Assembly (NCBI RefSeq): GCF_006345805.1
Contig: NW_021834429.1
Span: forward strand, 1 to 48,318
Reading direction: 5' to 3'
Source of the DNA: Octopus sinensis
Lineage: Eukaryota
DNA: 48,318 nucleotides
Shown here: positions 1-14,235 of the stretch, piece after piece
Layout: every line of letters starts with the position of its first letter
Numbering within the stretch: the stretch's first letter is position 1
Made by a program: the position numbers and the translations under genes
Notes under the pieces: model-generated
What the model was told of the DNA's origin: nothing
Database searches by the model: none
What the model saw: the letters and a program-made list of their open reading frames with translations, nothing else

Positions 1-214
1 ACATACATACATGTATATGGATGTAGATATAATTAAACATTTCAATTCATATCTCTTTTCATACGTGCATATATGCATCTCAATCTATATATCTCTTCAT
101 ATGTGTTTGTGTGTGTAAATATGTACTTATCTATGAATTTTCGGATATTTATGTTATTAAAAAGGAATAAAAAATCGCAAAGAGCACCAAAAAACACCAT
201 ATCATATGTGTATT

Positions 215-732
215 TATACACACAAACACACGCACTCGTGCACGCATACACATTTATAAGTACATATACATTGACATAGTTATACACACAGTCACCACAC
301 ACGTACACACACACACACACATCACACACATATATATATATATGTGTGTGTATATGTATAAGTATATATACGTATATATATATCTATGTATTTATATATG
401 TATGTATGTTTGTATACATATATGAAACTGAATAAGAAAAATATCCCAGCGAAGTGGCCACTGTTTCTGACATTTGTCTCTTGTTCCTTAGACTTTCCAT
501 TTCCCCGTGTGCCATTTAGTTTGTCCTTTTCTTTCACATTCCACTTGTATTGCAGCGTGGTTTGCTGCCCTCCTTCGCCGTCCCACAGTTTTATTCTTCT
601 GTCGATTTGGATACGTCTGTGCGTCTGTCTGTCTGTGTCTGTTCGCGCGTGTCTACGTTAGTCGGTCTCTTCTTTGTGTGCATTTATTTATACATGCAAT
701 CAGACATATACATACTACGTGGAAATATATAC

Positions 733-763
<31 letters not shown>

Positions 764-1669
764 CTATATATATACATATATATATACATATATATGTATG
801 TATATATACATATACACACACACACATATATATATATATATAGAGAGAGATAGATAGATATATATGTCTTTATATATATATATATATATATATATATGCG
901 TGCATGTGTATGTGTTCATTTGTCTATATAGGTGGATGGGTACACATATGCCTACATACATATACATCTATTGCTGCAATTATGTACACATTCATGCATG
1001 TACATACGTGCGTATATACGTATAATTAGTCTTATTATATTATCTACCTGTACCTCCCCCTTCTCTCTATCTCTCATATTCTTTTACCCTCTCAGCCTCT
1101 TCCATGAAAAATGCAAAATAATATTAATACATGACTAGAGCACACATACACGTGAAGTGCAAGCGCGTGCCTTCACCCATATTACTTTAGAAGAGACAGA
1201 GATACGCATGTATTGTTATATTCTTATGTGCATGCGTGTGTGTGTGTGTTTTTTTGCATGTGTGTGTGTGTGTGTGTGTGAGTTCATGCGTGTATAATAG
1301 CTTGTATGTATATATATGTATATATATATATATATACAGATGGAACAATGTATGTATGGAAAGATGTATTGTTGTGTGTGGGTGTGGTGTGTGTGTGTGT
1401 GTGTATGTGTTTGTATTCGTACATATCAACATTTATACCTAACTTTTATATCAGCATTTATACCTTCATACATAAATACGTAAAAATCCAAATAGTTAAG
1501 TACTTTTAAAAGTGTAACAAAATGAAAATATTAGAAATATACATGCATACATATACATATATATGTATATGTATCTATGTATATGTATCTATATATATAT
1601 ATATGTATATTTATATATACATATGTATATATATATACACACACATATATCTACATATACGAACACGCA

Positions 1670-1715
<46 letters not shown>
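215..1715. repeat. Compound microsatellite region (TA/CA/TG)n
   Basis: Long dinucleotide tracts are directly visible. Confidence 0.9.
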
Positions 1716-1718
<3 letters not shown>

Positions 1719-1961
1719 CTGAAAAAGTCATATTTACACCAGTCATGTTCATAGAAGTTCTATCTCCACTTACAACTATACTCACAATAAGAAGTATACA
1801 CCGAGACACTCAGATATCTACACAGAGAAACGGACATTTTGCACGCCTACACACGCACAAAAGTAAGTAATTGAAAAACAATAAATAAGTAAATAATGCC
1901 AAAAAAAAAACGCTAAATCCGTTGGCAAAAAACAAAAAAAAATAAGAGAAGAATTTAACAA

Positions 1962-2167
1962 TTATAGCGTTACACTTTCACAGACGCCAGAGTTTAGTAA
2001 ACCAGTCACGTGCGCACACCTGTTTGAACAGCTTCTGGTAGCAGCGAGCGATTCTTGACCAAGATGGAATCTACAACCAAAACCCAAATCTTGAATCTTA
2101 CACCAATCTCCTGCAGCTTTCGTTTGCTTCTTTGGAGTTGTCAGACGCAGAAACTTCCTGCGCAAAT
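1962..2167 (-). CDS. Candidate terminal exon of an uncharacterised minus-strand transcript
   Basis: Acceptor tcttctttcctatag| (AG at 2169-2168) is followed by an open frame to TAA at 1962 (..LRRKFLRLTTPKKQ..). It is in phase with the donor at 5381. No homology recognised. Confidence 0.25.
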
Positions 2168-2489
2168 CTATAGGAAAGAAGATAATCATTGATCTTCTCC
2201 CACGCATTAACTATCACACATATTCACTCTCAGTATCACACACACACGTACATGCATACATATATACACTCACACATGCATACATAAATACACACACACA
2301 CACACATATGTATATATATATATATGTATGCGTATATGTATGTATGTGTATACACAGACTAACACTCATTCATGCACAGATTTTCAGACATTTATATATC
2401 TGCGTGCGCGTATGATTGTGTTGTCTTCGCTTGTGTATATATGTATACTCATACACACATATAAGTAGATGATGTACAAGTATTATATA

Positions 2490-2620
2490 TTAGAAGAAAT
2501 AAGGTACTCAGAAATCTGGATGGCTTTATATTTCCAGATATTTATTAATATGTCACATGTTTTATAAATCATATATTAGCGCTTGCGTCCACTCTAGTGG
2601 AGTCGTCAGATTGAACTTTT
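2490..2620 (-). mobile_element. PLE-like terminal fragment with decayed hammerhead motif
   Basis: Minus strand reads CTGACGA-cTCCAC-taga-GTGGAc-GCAA-GCGC-TA. The element ends at a TA run near 2490. GAAA is mutated and stem I is poor. Confidence 0.4.
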
Positions 2621-2717
2621 TCAGGAATGTATTTGTATGCAACTGTGCAAGTTAAAAAATATCGACACACGTTTAATCAGTATGTGTGTCAGTGCATACA
2701 CAGTGCATACACATATG

Positions 2718-2975
2718 GCTAAATTAACAAAAAGAGTACTGTGAATTTGCCATTACGAGTAGAAAATCAAACGTTTCGGACAGAGTTCTTCTTCAAGAAA
2801 AGTTTATCAGGAGAGAAATTAAAGAAAGAGTACTTGGCTTTATATATCCTTTGTTGCACCCTGTTGTTCTAACGCAGAATGAAAACTTTCAACTTTCTCC
2901 TGAAGAAGCACTCCCGGAAACGATGGATTTACAACCCCCATGGCTTGTTCTCCGTATTCTTTTTGCCGATTTTAC
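2718..2975. mobile_element. Inverted pair of diverged PLE-like termini, each with a decayed hammerhead motif
   Basis: Minus 2718-2805 (aacttttc TTGAAGA agaac tct gtcc GAAAC GTT..) aligns with plus 2891-2975 (aactttctc CTGAAGA agcactcccg GAAAC GAT..). Confidence 0.45.
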
Positions 2976-3084
2976 TAAATAATACAAGTTTCACCGATGC
3001 AGATCAATACCAGCTTCTTTAGAGTCTTTATTATATATATATATATCTGTGCGTGTATGTGTGAGACTTTGGGTGTCAGTGCGT

Positions 3085-3321
3085 ATATGTTTGTGTGTGT
3101 GTTATTTTGTGTCTGTGTTTGTCCCCTCATCATTGCTTGACATTTGATGTTGGTGTGTTTATATGCCTGTAAAATAGCGGTTCAACAAAATGACCGGTGG
3201 AATAAGTACTAGGCTTATAAAAAATAAGTCCTGGGGGCGATTTCTTCGACTACAAATCACTTTCAGTCGGTCCTCCACCATGGCCGCATTCAAATGACTG
3301 AAACAAGTCAAGAATAAAACG
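3085..3321 (+). mobile_element. SINE family A, 3' half
   Basis: Matches the 3' half of 6669-7060 (gaataagtact..catggccgca..aaatgactgaaacaagt). Confidence 0.85.
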
Positions 3322-3457
3322 ATATATATATAATTGAATCAGCAGTTTATATTTGCTGCTGATAAGTTGGCGCCATTACGGTCGTTTTGAAAATTTTAGG
3401 GCAGATATTGCCGGGGCATAGATACGGATGCCTCGTGTATATCTGTCCCTCCTGGCT

Positions 3458-3561
3458 TCTTTACCAATGAGACGTAGCCTTTGGTAGATTGACTTGATTA
3501 AGTTTAATTTAATTAGGCTGGTTTGCCATTAAAAACGTCGAAACAATGCATTGTCTTAAGA
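3458..3561 (+). ncRNA. Type I hammerhead-like motif with long stem II, in a TA-bounded insert (about 3332-3688)
   Basis: tcttta-CCAATGA-GACGT..ACGTC-GAAA-CAATGCATTG-TC^ttaaga. Stem III is palindromic and the cleavage triplet is GUC. The core has two substitutions. Confidence 0.55.
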
Positions 3562-3687
3562 CGAATAGGGTAAATGTTTTTTAATTTTCCTTTAATTTCT
3601 GAATTACTACTACTTGGCGGTTTGAGTCCTGGCTGCTCTTTCTAGTGGGTTGAATGGCCTATCGAAGCCGTTCCTCAATTGTTGTTG

Positions 3688-3735
<48 letters not shown>

Positions 3736-4054
3736 GCACACAACAGTACATAAAGCGCACACCACGCTCTAGGTTACTTATACACATACACACACAGGCC
3801 TTCATAATTTTAAGCCCACCCACATACATTTACACGCACTCGCATCCATTGACACATACACATTTACACACACCACTCTCACATGCACACACGCGCTTGC
3901 GCAAACTAGTTCAGCCGGGTCACCGTTATTATCTCCCCTTTCACTCAGCATTTTTCTTTCCATCATTTCATCATCTTGAACCATAAATCCCAACACGTTT
4001 TTTCTCTCTCCATTATTTTCGTTCTCTCCATTTTTATCTCTCAGTCGCTTTTTT

Positions 4055-4175
4055 TTTTTTGTCGAAGAGCCTAGGCACAAAACGTCAAAGACCTTTCCAT
4101 TCTCCTCGAGCGTTAATTAAACTAATACACCTACTTGTTGTTCCTTCACCTGTCTTCTTTTGTTTTCTGTAAATC
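4055..4175 (+). mobile_element. PLE-like family P1, decayed copy with minimal hammerhead motif
   Basis: TTGTCGA-A-GAGC-ctag-GCAC-AAAAC-GTC-aaaga, then a tail homologous to 9443-9575 and 46360-46490. Confidence 0.6.
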
Positions 4176-4301
4176 GCATTATTTAAAACATGGAAATCCA
4201 AAATTTTAGGATAACAGGTCCGGATTCGGCCTGGAATGTTATTAAATTTACTCGGCCTTTAGATTATAAAAATTGTTATCGTACAAAAAATACATCGCCA
4301 G

Positions 4302-4334
4302 ACACACACACACACACGCACACACACACACACA

Positions 4335-4382
<48 letters not shown>

Positions 4383-5150
4383 TATGCATGCATACATAAA
4401 TACATTCATACATATACACACACACGCATATGTTCGCACACACACATATACAGAATCACACACATACACACATACACACACGCACACAAACACAAACATA
4501 TGCATACATACATAAATACATTCATACATATACACACACACGCATTTGTACGCACACTCACACATACACATACAAAATCACACACATACGTATATGCGCA
4601 CACATACACACGCACACACATACACACATAGGCACACAGACATTCTATAATGAATGAAAAGCAGCGCTACTGTTGTAAACATTATTGACTACATATATAC
4701 ATACATACACACATACATACACACATACATACATACACACATACATACAACATACATACATTCATACATACATACATACATACATACATTCATACATACA
4801 TACATGCACACATACATACATACATGCACACATACATACATACACACATACATACATACATGCATGCATACATGCATACATACATACATACATACATACA
4901 TACATTCATACATACATTCATACATACATACATACATTCATACATACATACATACATACATACATGCATACATACATACATACATACATCATACATCATA
5001 CATCATACATACATTCATAAATACATACATACATAATACATACATACATATACATACATACATACATACATACATCATACATCATACATCATACATACAT
5101 TCATACATACATACATACATACATACATACATACATACATACATACATAC
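4302..5150. repeat. (CA)n and (TACA)n microsatellites
   Basis: Directly visible. Includes a ~116-bp local duplication (4375 / 4491). Confidence 0.95.
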
Positions 5151-5381
5151 ATGCACAAATACATGTTTACAAATTTATATCCTAATGAATGTATTACGGA
5201 TCTATCTAGTCCAACACATGGAAGGAAACGTACTCATTACATGTTGCAGAGTATAATTGTCCAATATATTTGTTTGATGCAATATGCTTTATTAGACGGC
5301 AAATGAAGAATGTGCAGAAACCAGGAAACACGCGTATATGTATGTGTGTGTGTGAATGTGTATGTGTGCGTGGTTGCTCAC

Positions 5382-5547
5382 CCTTCATCTTTTTAATATG
5401 GGCAAGTCTCAAACCCAATAATAGGGTTCGTAGACGCGCAGCCATCTTGAGAATTCTCACTACGCACACCGTCTATACTCCAGATTCTTTGCAGCGAAAT
5501 TACAGAGGTGGCGTCTGGCGTTGCTGTACGTTTCAGGAGTGACGTGG
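5382..5547 (-). CDS. Candidate exon (acceptor atttcag|, donor AGG|GTGAGC) containing AAGATGG at 5445
   Basis: Splice signals on both sides of a non-repetitive block. The ATG frame reads MAARLRTLLLGLRLAHIKKMK up to the donor. No homology recognised. Confidence 0.3.
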
Positions 5548-5581
5548 CTGAAATCCATATAATTACGTATATATAATGTAT

Positions 5582-5739
5582 GCGCAGGCATTGGTGTGTG
5601 CTAAGAAATTTACTTCCCAACAAGGTCCCAGGTTTAGTCCCACTAAATGGCACTTTCGACAAGTGTCTTCGAGTCGACCAAACCCTTGTGAGTGGATTTG
5701 GTACGCGGAAACTGAAAGTATTCCATTGTGTGTGTGGTG

Positions 5740-5770
<31 letters not shown>

Positions 5771-5790
5771 TGTGTGTGTGTGTGTGTGTT
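5582..5790 (+). mobile_element. SINE family A, diverged 5' half
   Basis: gcgcagg..ggtttagtcccact..ccttgtgagtggatttggta..gaaactgaaag, then (TG)n. Confidence 0.8.
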
Positions 5791-6243
5791 TTGTTTCAAC
5801 TAGCGAAAGCTATACGTATCTTACCAATTTAACTTTATGTAGCATTCGTGTTAGTATATGCGCAGGCTATGTAGGAAGACAGAATAAAGGGGCGTTTCTT
5901 AGCTTATCTCTTCGAAAAAATAGCTCCCCTTGCTGTTGAAAAGAATAAAGTTGCAGAGAGGATGTTTCAACATCTTCCTTCAAATTCCTTATACAATTTA
6001 TGTGGCCGTTTCTGACAAGAAATTTCGGTTTCATGTAAAACAATTATATTTTGTAGTCATTATCCGAAATCTACTCCCGCAAAACTTCAGGAACTCTACT
6101 TTGCATCGCTTGGAAACTCACATGTTCTATGATCATGAAAGTGCAATGACCTCAACAATAACCAGCATTTCAGTCTCATTTTCCTTTCCTAGCTTAATTG
6201 GAAACATATATTGCCGTGCTACTCATAAACCCTTTCGGTGACC

Positions 6244-6405
6244 GGTAATAAATTCACAGGAAAAAAAGTCACAATTAATTTATGGGATCCGGACAAAACT
6301 CCTAGGACAAAACCCGCTCGGACACTCCCCTCCCGGACATCACCCCTGTAACCTTATTGCCGTGACTTTTTTTCCTGTGACATTCTTACCTGTGACTTTC
6401 TTATT
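6244..6405. mobile_element. Foldback/MITE-like element with 15-bp subrepeats
   Basis: 29-bp inverted arms 6244-6272 and 6362-6390 (..tcacaggaaaaaaagtcac). Internal GGACA repeats start at 6291, 6305, 6320 and 6335. Confidence 0.7.
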
Positions 6406-6498
6406 AGGATTCAAACTTTCTAGGTAGTTCAAAAAGTACCATCAAAGGACGGGTGCGTTTGCTAGTATATTAAATTATATCACATTATGTAAGTATGC

Positions 6499-6562
<64 letters not shown>

Positions 6563-6568
6563 TATATA

Positions 6569-6655
6569 GGGTTCTGGGTTCGATTTGTTCGACTAAGGCG
6601 GTGCTCCAGTATGGCCGCAGTCAAATGACTGAAACAAGTAAATGAATAAAAGAAT
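6569..6655 (+). mobile_element. SINE family A, 3' terminal fragment
   Basis: cgactaaggcggtgctccagtatggccgcagtcaaatgactgaaacaagt between TA tracts. Confidence 0.85.
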
Positions 6656-6668
6656 ATATATATATATT

Positions 6669-7060
6669 CGCAGGAGTGGCTGTGTGGTAAGTAGCTTGCT
6701 AACCAACCACATGGTTCCGGGTTCAGTCCCATTGCGTGGCATCTTGGGCAAGTGTCTTCTGCTATAGCTCCGGGCCGACCAATGCCTTGTGAGTGGATTT
6801 GATAGACGGAAACTGAAAGAAGCCTGTCGTATATATGTATATATATATATATATATGTCTATGTGTGTGTGTTTGTCCCCCTAGCATTGCTTGCAAACCG
6901 ATGCTGGTGTGTTTACGTCCCCGTCACTTAGCGGTTCGGCAAAAGAGACTGATAGAATAAGTATTGGGCTTACAAAGAATAAGTCCCGGGGTCGATTTGC
7001 TCGACTAAAGGCGGTGCTCTAACATGGCCGCAGTCAAATGACTGAAACAAGTAAAAGAGT
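6669..7060 (+). mobile_element. SINE family A, full length (tRNA-like head, internal microsatellite)
   Basis: A-box-like tggctgtgtgg and B-box-like ggttcagtccc. About 10 homologous copies in the window. Confidence 0.9.
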
Positions 7061-7330
7061 TAATCCAAACATGAAAGCACAAAAAAACACATCAAGGCAA
7101 GGACGTGGAACAAGTATAGTGTTATTGGACGCTCAGGAAAGAAGGAAAGAAGGAGGGTTTAACGTTTCGAGCGGAGCTCTTCGTCGAAACATAGGAGAAG
7201 GGAAGATCCAGAGAAGGGAAGATCCAGAGAAGGGAAGATCCAGAGAAGGGAAGATCCAGAGAAGGGAAGATCCAGAGAAGGGAAGACAGAGGGAAAAAAT
7301 CGCCACACACACAGAGGTTATGTTTAAAAT
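7060..7330 (-). mobile_element. PLE-like family P2 with minimal hammerhead motif (7157-7190)
   Basis: Reverse complement of 43100-43290. Reads GTTT-CGACGA-A-GAGC-tcc-GCTC-GAAAC-GTT-AAAC. Confidence 0.7.
7195..7286 (+). repeat. 16-bp minisatellite GAGAAGGGAAGATCCA, about 5.7 copies
   Basis: Perfect tandem units. Confidence 0.95.
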
Positions 7331-7540
7331 TAAAATTTAGACAGAGACTTTAAAATGTAGCATCCAAACCTTGCTTTGGCTATAGTAGTATGCATTGAGA
7401 GCACGTTCATCACATACGGCTGCCAGGCGTCATCCATGGTAAAGCGTTTTAGTCGTAGGATCTAAATAAGGAAATCGTCGGTATACGTTTAGTATATGTG
7501 AAATTATTGATAGGGAAGGCAGTGTACTGTAAACATGGGT

Positions 7541-7645
7541 TAGCACTCCGATCGTTTCGGTTTACATCTGCACTGCTCCCTAGTAGGTGGGGAACGATAT
7601 AATGGAATCAAATGTACTCACAGTGCACCTCATCAGGTTGCATAA
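7541..7645 (-). ncRNA. Decayed hammerhead-like motif with branched stem II
   Basis: gcaac-CTGATGA-GGT..ACC-GAAA-CGATCG-GA-gtgc. U16.1 is replaced by G. Confidence 0.4.
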
Positions 7646-9203
7646 TATGTTACTGTGTTATAATATATACATTTCGCTAATGTGCGTGGCAGGATATTAT
7701 TGGTATGATGCGTGCTTTTATAGTAGTTCATAGACCCATTAATAGATGTAGAGATACATAATATAAATATTTCTAAGTATTCGACAAGAATATATTTTCC
7801 TACGGAAAATTCTCGCAAAATCTCAATAACCGAAATTCTCTGAGAAATATAAATTAATATAATGTTATTTGATTAAATACATTACAAGGTAAATGCATTA
7901 AAATAAATACACATTATATTATACCCCGGAAATATATGTATTTCTGGCAGCTGGGTGTACATTAAAAACACAAACAGAAGTTTCTTTCGCTGGAGGACAA
8001 CTTATAATATATTTGAACTTAACATAGTTGTATATACCCCAGAGATGGACTAGTTAAGACATGAGGTGTGAAAATTTCATTTGAAATGTCAGTGAATTCA
8101 ATTTTCTTTGCCCGTAGAAACATACAGAAAGAGAGCATTAACAGTTTTAAGATTAACCTAAGCTGGGAGCAATAAATTGGAAATATCTCTCAAAATACAT
8201 CATGAATTGATTTTTCTTTTCCGAAACATTTGAAACGTGCTCCCCTCAACCTGAATAGCTTAGAACAATATAAATTACTTGAATGCTATGTACTCTGAGT
8301 TAGATATACACCAAATAAATATATACTCGGGACTCTTACGGGTTCCTATCAGCTAAATGAATATTAAAAAAGAAAAACAAAGTAGAACCAGAAATTCAAA
8401 CACACATGGTTCATAAAGAAACAAACACACATGGTTCGGATCTACATAAGTGAATGCACGTGCAGTAATATATATGTATGTATGTGCACGTGTGCGTGTA
8501 TGTGTGTATTTGTGTGTGTGTGTGTTTGTATATATTTGTGCATGTGCGTCGACATACACATATCTTTATCATTTTCTTGCTTCATTCATTAAACTACTGC
8601 CTTCATTAGACCGCTTTGAAGAATCTTTAGTTGGATGAATCGAACCTACTACTTAAACCAAACCGCTAAGTTATGGGGACGTAAACAAACCACCAACGGT
8701 TGTCAAGTGATCACTGCAAACATTATGACGCTGACTGGATGTTTGATGTATGTATGGCGGGAGTGAGGGAGGGACTGATGGTGGGATGGATGGATCCAAG
8801 TTGAGGGAGTGGAACAAGTAAAATACAAACTACAGAAGCTTCCTAGCAAGCGACTTTTATTTGTATTCATAGCATCTCAAGTTGCTAACTGCACTATCCA
8901 GAAATTTTCAGCTAACTGAATTTTCCCATAAGTTTATTATGGGAAAAAGTATGTAACCTTCGACGCCAATAAATTGTTATTGTTCCTGAACGTGCATGGT
9001 CCACTTTTTGTTTCTATACCTGCCATAGACAGCTTTGAAGCTTACAAATCTCCTACACTTGGATCCTTGGATCTTACGTTACCCTTATTATATATATGTA
9101 CATATATGAATAGTATTAAATTTATATCTAATATTGGATAAAAAATCTTCGAAAAAATTTTTATCAATGGCCAACATATTAAAAAAATATCTTTAAAGGT
9201 TTA

Positions 9204-9277
9204 TCGTATTTATCGCCGATGACGAGAAAATTCTAAATGAATTAACTCAGAAATTGGGACCAATCCGATAATAACGA
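9204..9277 (+). ncRNA. Type I hammerhead ribozyme motif, U4C core, in an insert at about 9109-9414
   Basis: TTATCG-CCGATGA-cGAG aa AATTC taaat GAATT aa CTCa-GAAA-TTGG ga CCAA-TC^CGATAA. All three stems pair, and stem I extends 4 bp beyond a 2x2 loop. Confidence 0.7.
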
Positions 9278-9442
9278 ATTTTTTAGAAATTTCTATAGGC
9301 TTACTTTCGAGACGCGTGCTTATAGTGATAAATTATATGGTATTGACGATTAAGTCAATATTTCGGCATATTTGGCATTGGAATTTTTTCTTCTCTCCTT
9401 GTTTATAAGTTGTTTATGTACATATATGTATGTGTATATATA

Positions 9443-9635
9443 TAAAGGGAAATTTTTACGAAAATAAACAAAAACCGAAGGCAGGTGGAGTACAAACAAA
9501 CAAATGTATTAGTATAGCGCTCAGGAATAGAAAAAATCTTTTACGTTTCGAGCCTACGCTTTTCGACAGAAAGATACACAGAAAAAAACAAGGAGAGAAA
9601 CAAGGAGAGAGAAAAGGGAGAGAAAAAATGGAGAG
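9443..9635 (-). mobile_element. PLE-like family P1 with minimal hammerhead motif (9536-9575)
   Basis: ATCTTT-CTGTCGA-A-aAGC-gtag-GCTc-GAAAC-GTA^AAAGAT. The 3' end abuts (TA)n. Confidence 0.75.
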
Positions 9636-10114
9636 AATATATATATATCCTTTCAAAATTTCTCTCAGGCGTTACCCATTACATTTCGTCTTGGCCTAAC
9701 ACCTCTTAAAGTTTTCATTCGTCGATTGTTTAGTCTGTGCTTCTACTCTGGTGTTGTTTGTTCGTTCGAAGCCCTAACTTTCCACAAAGTTTTAGAATTT
9801 CTTGAAGCTGCTTTTATGTGGTTACTTGCGTGTGTGTATGAATGTATGTATATATATGTATGTGTGTGTATCATCGATTGAAGTCGGATGTATCACAGTA
9901 AATTATTTCACACACACACACGTATACACTCAGTTACATCTAGAATCATGCTAAATATTATCGACTGGTGTCAGCAGCGCCATCATCGAAATTTACTCCT
10001 CCGAGATTTTGCCAAACAACCAAAAAGATCTTCCAGATATACCGCATTCCATTACACCATGGAATTGCTTAATGTCCCACGTCCCAAGCTTTACCATTCC
10101 GGTAAATGTATAAA

Positions 10115-10476
10115 TCTCTCTATATATAAACGGCAGTTTGTCTGTGTGTGTTTCTGTGTGTCTGTTAGCTTGTACATTCACCCTGACCACGGCTTTCAAC
10201 TGATTCTGATGAAACTTGACACACACAGAGCCCAATGTCATAATTCAAAGCTAAATTTTGAAAAGTTCCCCCACTTCTGAAAAAAATCGATAAATTCGAC
10301 ATGGGGTCGAGAATCAGAAACACAAACCACAGACTGTCTAGGGGACGCAACTCAACCTTTTTAACTAAAAAAAAAATTTACCATAATATTTTTTCCATTT
10401 TTTGGCTATAACTCTCTAAAAATGCTTTATAGTTATTTCCCTTACAAACCCGAGCAACGCCGGGCGATACTGCTAG
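10115..10476 (+). mobile_element. Non-autonomous Helitron
   Basis: A|TC 5' end, subterminal hairpin cccgagcaacgccggg (10449-10464), CTAG|T 3' end, no TSD. Confidence 0.8.
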
Positions 10477-11399
10477 TAGTTTTATATAATGATTTAAGAA
10501 TGATATAAGAAACATATACACAACACCGAAAACCAGTGAGACATACAGTCGCAATGTGAATCGTTTATTCTCTAGAAGCAAAGTGATTAATTTCGTACTG
10601 CAAGTACACGATCATTTATCCAGAATTCTAAAATCTGGACAGCCCTCCCTCCCAAACCGAACCTTTTCTTGCAGGGTGAAGCGCATCATAACAGGGGTTG
10701 TTTCGTACATAACATCATATGTTCAAATAAACCATATATATTGCTTTTCATCTCAGGATAACAATGCTGGCGCTTCTAGGCAGTCACCAATATCAGTCAG
10801 ATCTGCTGTCTTAGATTAGGCCCTTCAATCTTTTTAAAAACAAATACAGTGAACCAATTGGTTAGAATCGAATACTGAAGGCATTTGAAATAACGAAGGA
10901 CTAGACATTGTTAGAGCGTCTTTGATCATAGGCCTCTCTCTCTCATTAACGAGTGATCTATACACAAACGCCAACAAGGCGACATATCGATGAAAAAGCG
11001 TTTCCAGTAATATACTGCGGTCGATATTGCCGTCTTTTATGCCGTCTTAGCTACGTAAGATAGGGCTTTATACCCTCTGCTATAGTTTGTCTTTGCAGAC
11101 ACTTTGCGAAAATGTAATAATATATATATAAAAAAAGAACGCTGACCACTATTCTACAGCAAACTTTCGAATGAAGAAATATATTCCGATACGGTTGTGT
11201 TCCGTGTATTGCGAAGATGAGAGAAAAATGAGAGTGAGAGTTGTTCTTGTTATTTGAGCTCTGACGCTCTCGGGATATCGATCCTTCGGCCATCGAAAAC
11301 TTGAAGGGAATTGCTTAAACTGAAATAAGAACATACTGCGTGGAATCTTATCACGATATACTAAGGCTCTATAGATGTGTATAAGTATGTAAATATGTT

Positions 11400-13440
<2,041 letters not shown>

Positions 13441-13876
13441 CATATGAAAAATGAAAAGGGTGAGAGGAAGGGAAAGAGAGAAAGAGAAACAGGGAGCAAG
13501 ACAAAGACAACAAACACCAAACAACAAATTTGTTATTTATTCGAGATGAAATTTTCACTATTTTTGTTTGTTTTTTTGTTACTGTTATTCTTGTATTTTC
13601 GTTTTCGATTTCTGCGATTCTTTCTTGTGTCTTCTTACTTTTTTCATTTTTTTTTTCTTCTTTGTCATAATTGAAATGTTGTCCCAGTTGTAAAAACAAC
13701 TCAATTATAGGCTTCTTTCAACTGGAGTTTAAATAATGCTATCAATGTAGGTGAATAAAACATGGTGATGTTTGTACCTTCTCTCAGTAGCTTTGATAGT
13801 TTTAGCTTCATAACTTTTTATTATTTATGTTTTTTTTCTTCTGGGTGAAAAACAGAAAATGAATTTTCTTAAAACG

Positions 13877-14235
13877 GGAACTTTTGTGGAATGCTTACAA
13901 AGGGGTGAACTGCACGAAAGTTATCCCTCTGACCCGTCCTAGTGTTAAATGGGATAACGGCTTAAAGCTACTATCCAAGTGGTCTATGGTGAGATTAGAG
14001 CTCAGCACTTTTGCTTTTTACCTGTTAATCGAGAAGGATTAAAAATACCCATGATCCTTTACAAGGTTTTCGAAGGTGGAACTTCGGTGGAATGCTTGCA
14101 GCCGAGTGAACCTCGCTAAAGGTACCCAAGCTGCCATGTAGTGAGAGACGGATTAAGCCTACTATCAAAATATGCTACAGTTAGATTTGGACACAGAACG
14201 CAGGGAGCTGCGTTCAAATGCTGCAAGCCACCCGC
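13877..14235. repeat. Old ~202-bp direct duplication, probably decayed minus-strand SINE bodies
   Basis: ggaactt..gtggaatgctt occurs at 13877 and 14079 with continued weak similarity. Confidence 0.55.

Noticed and set aside
5503-5514. AGGTGGCG as a CTCF site
   Set aside because: Only the 3' half of the motif matches.
11255-11302. Possible minus-strand hammerhead in a TA-flanked block
   Set aside because: Both core segments need several substitutions, so it cannot be supported without a consensus.
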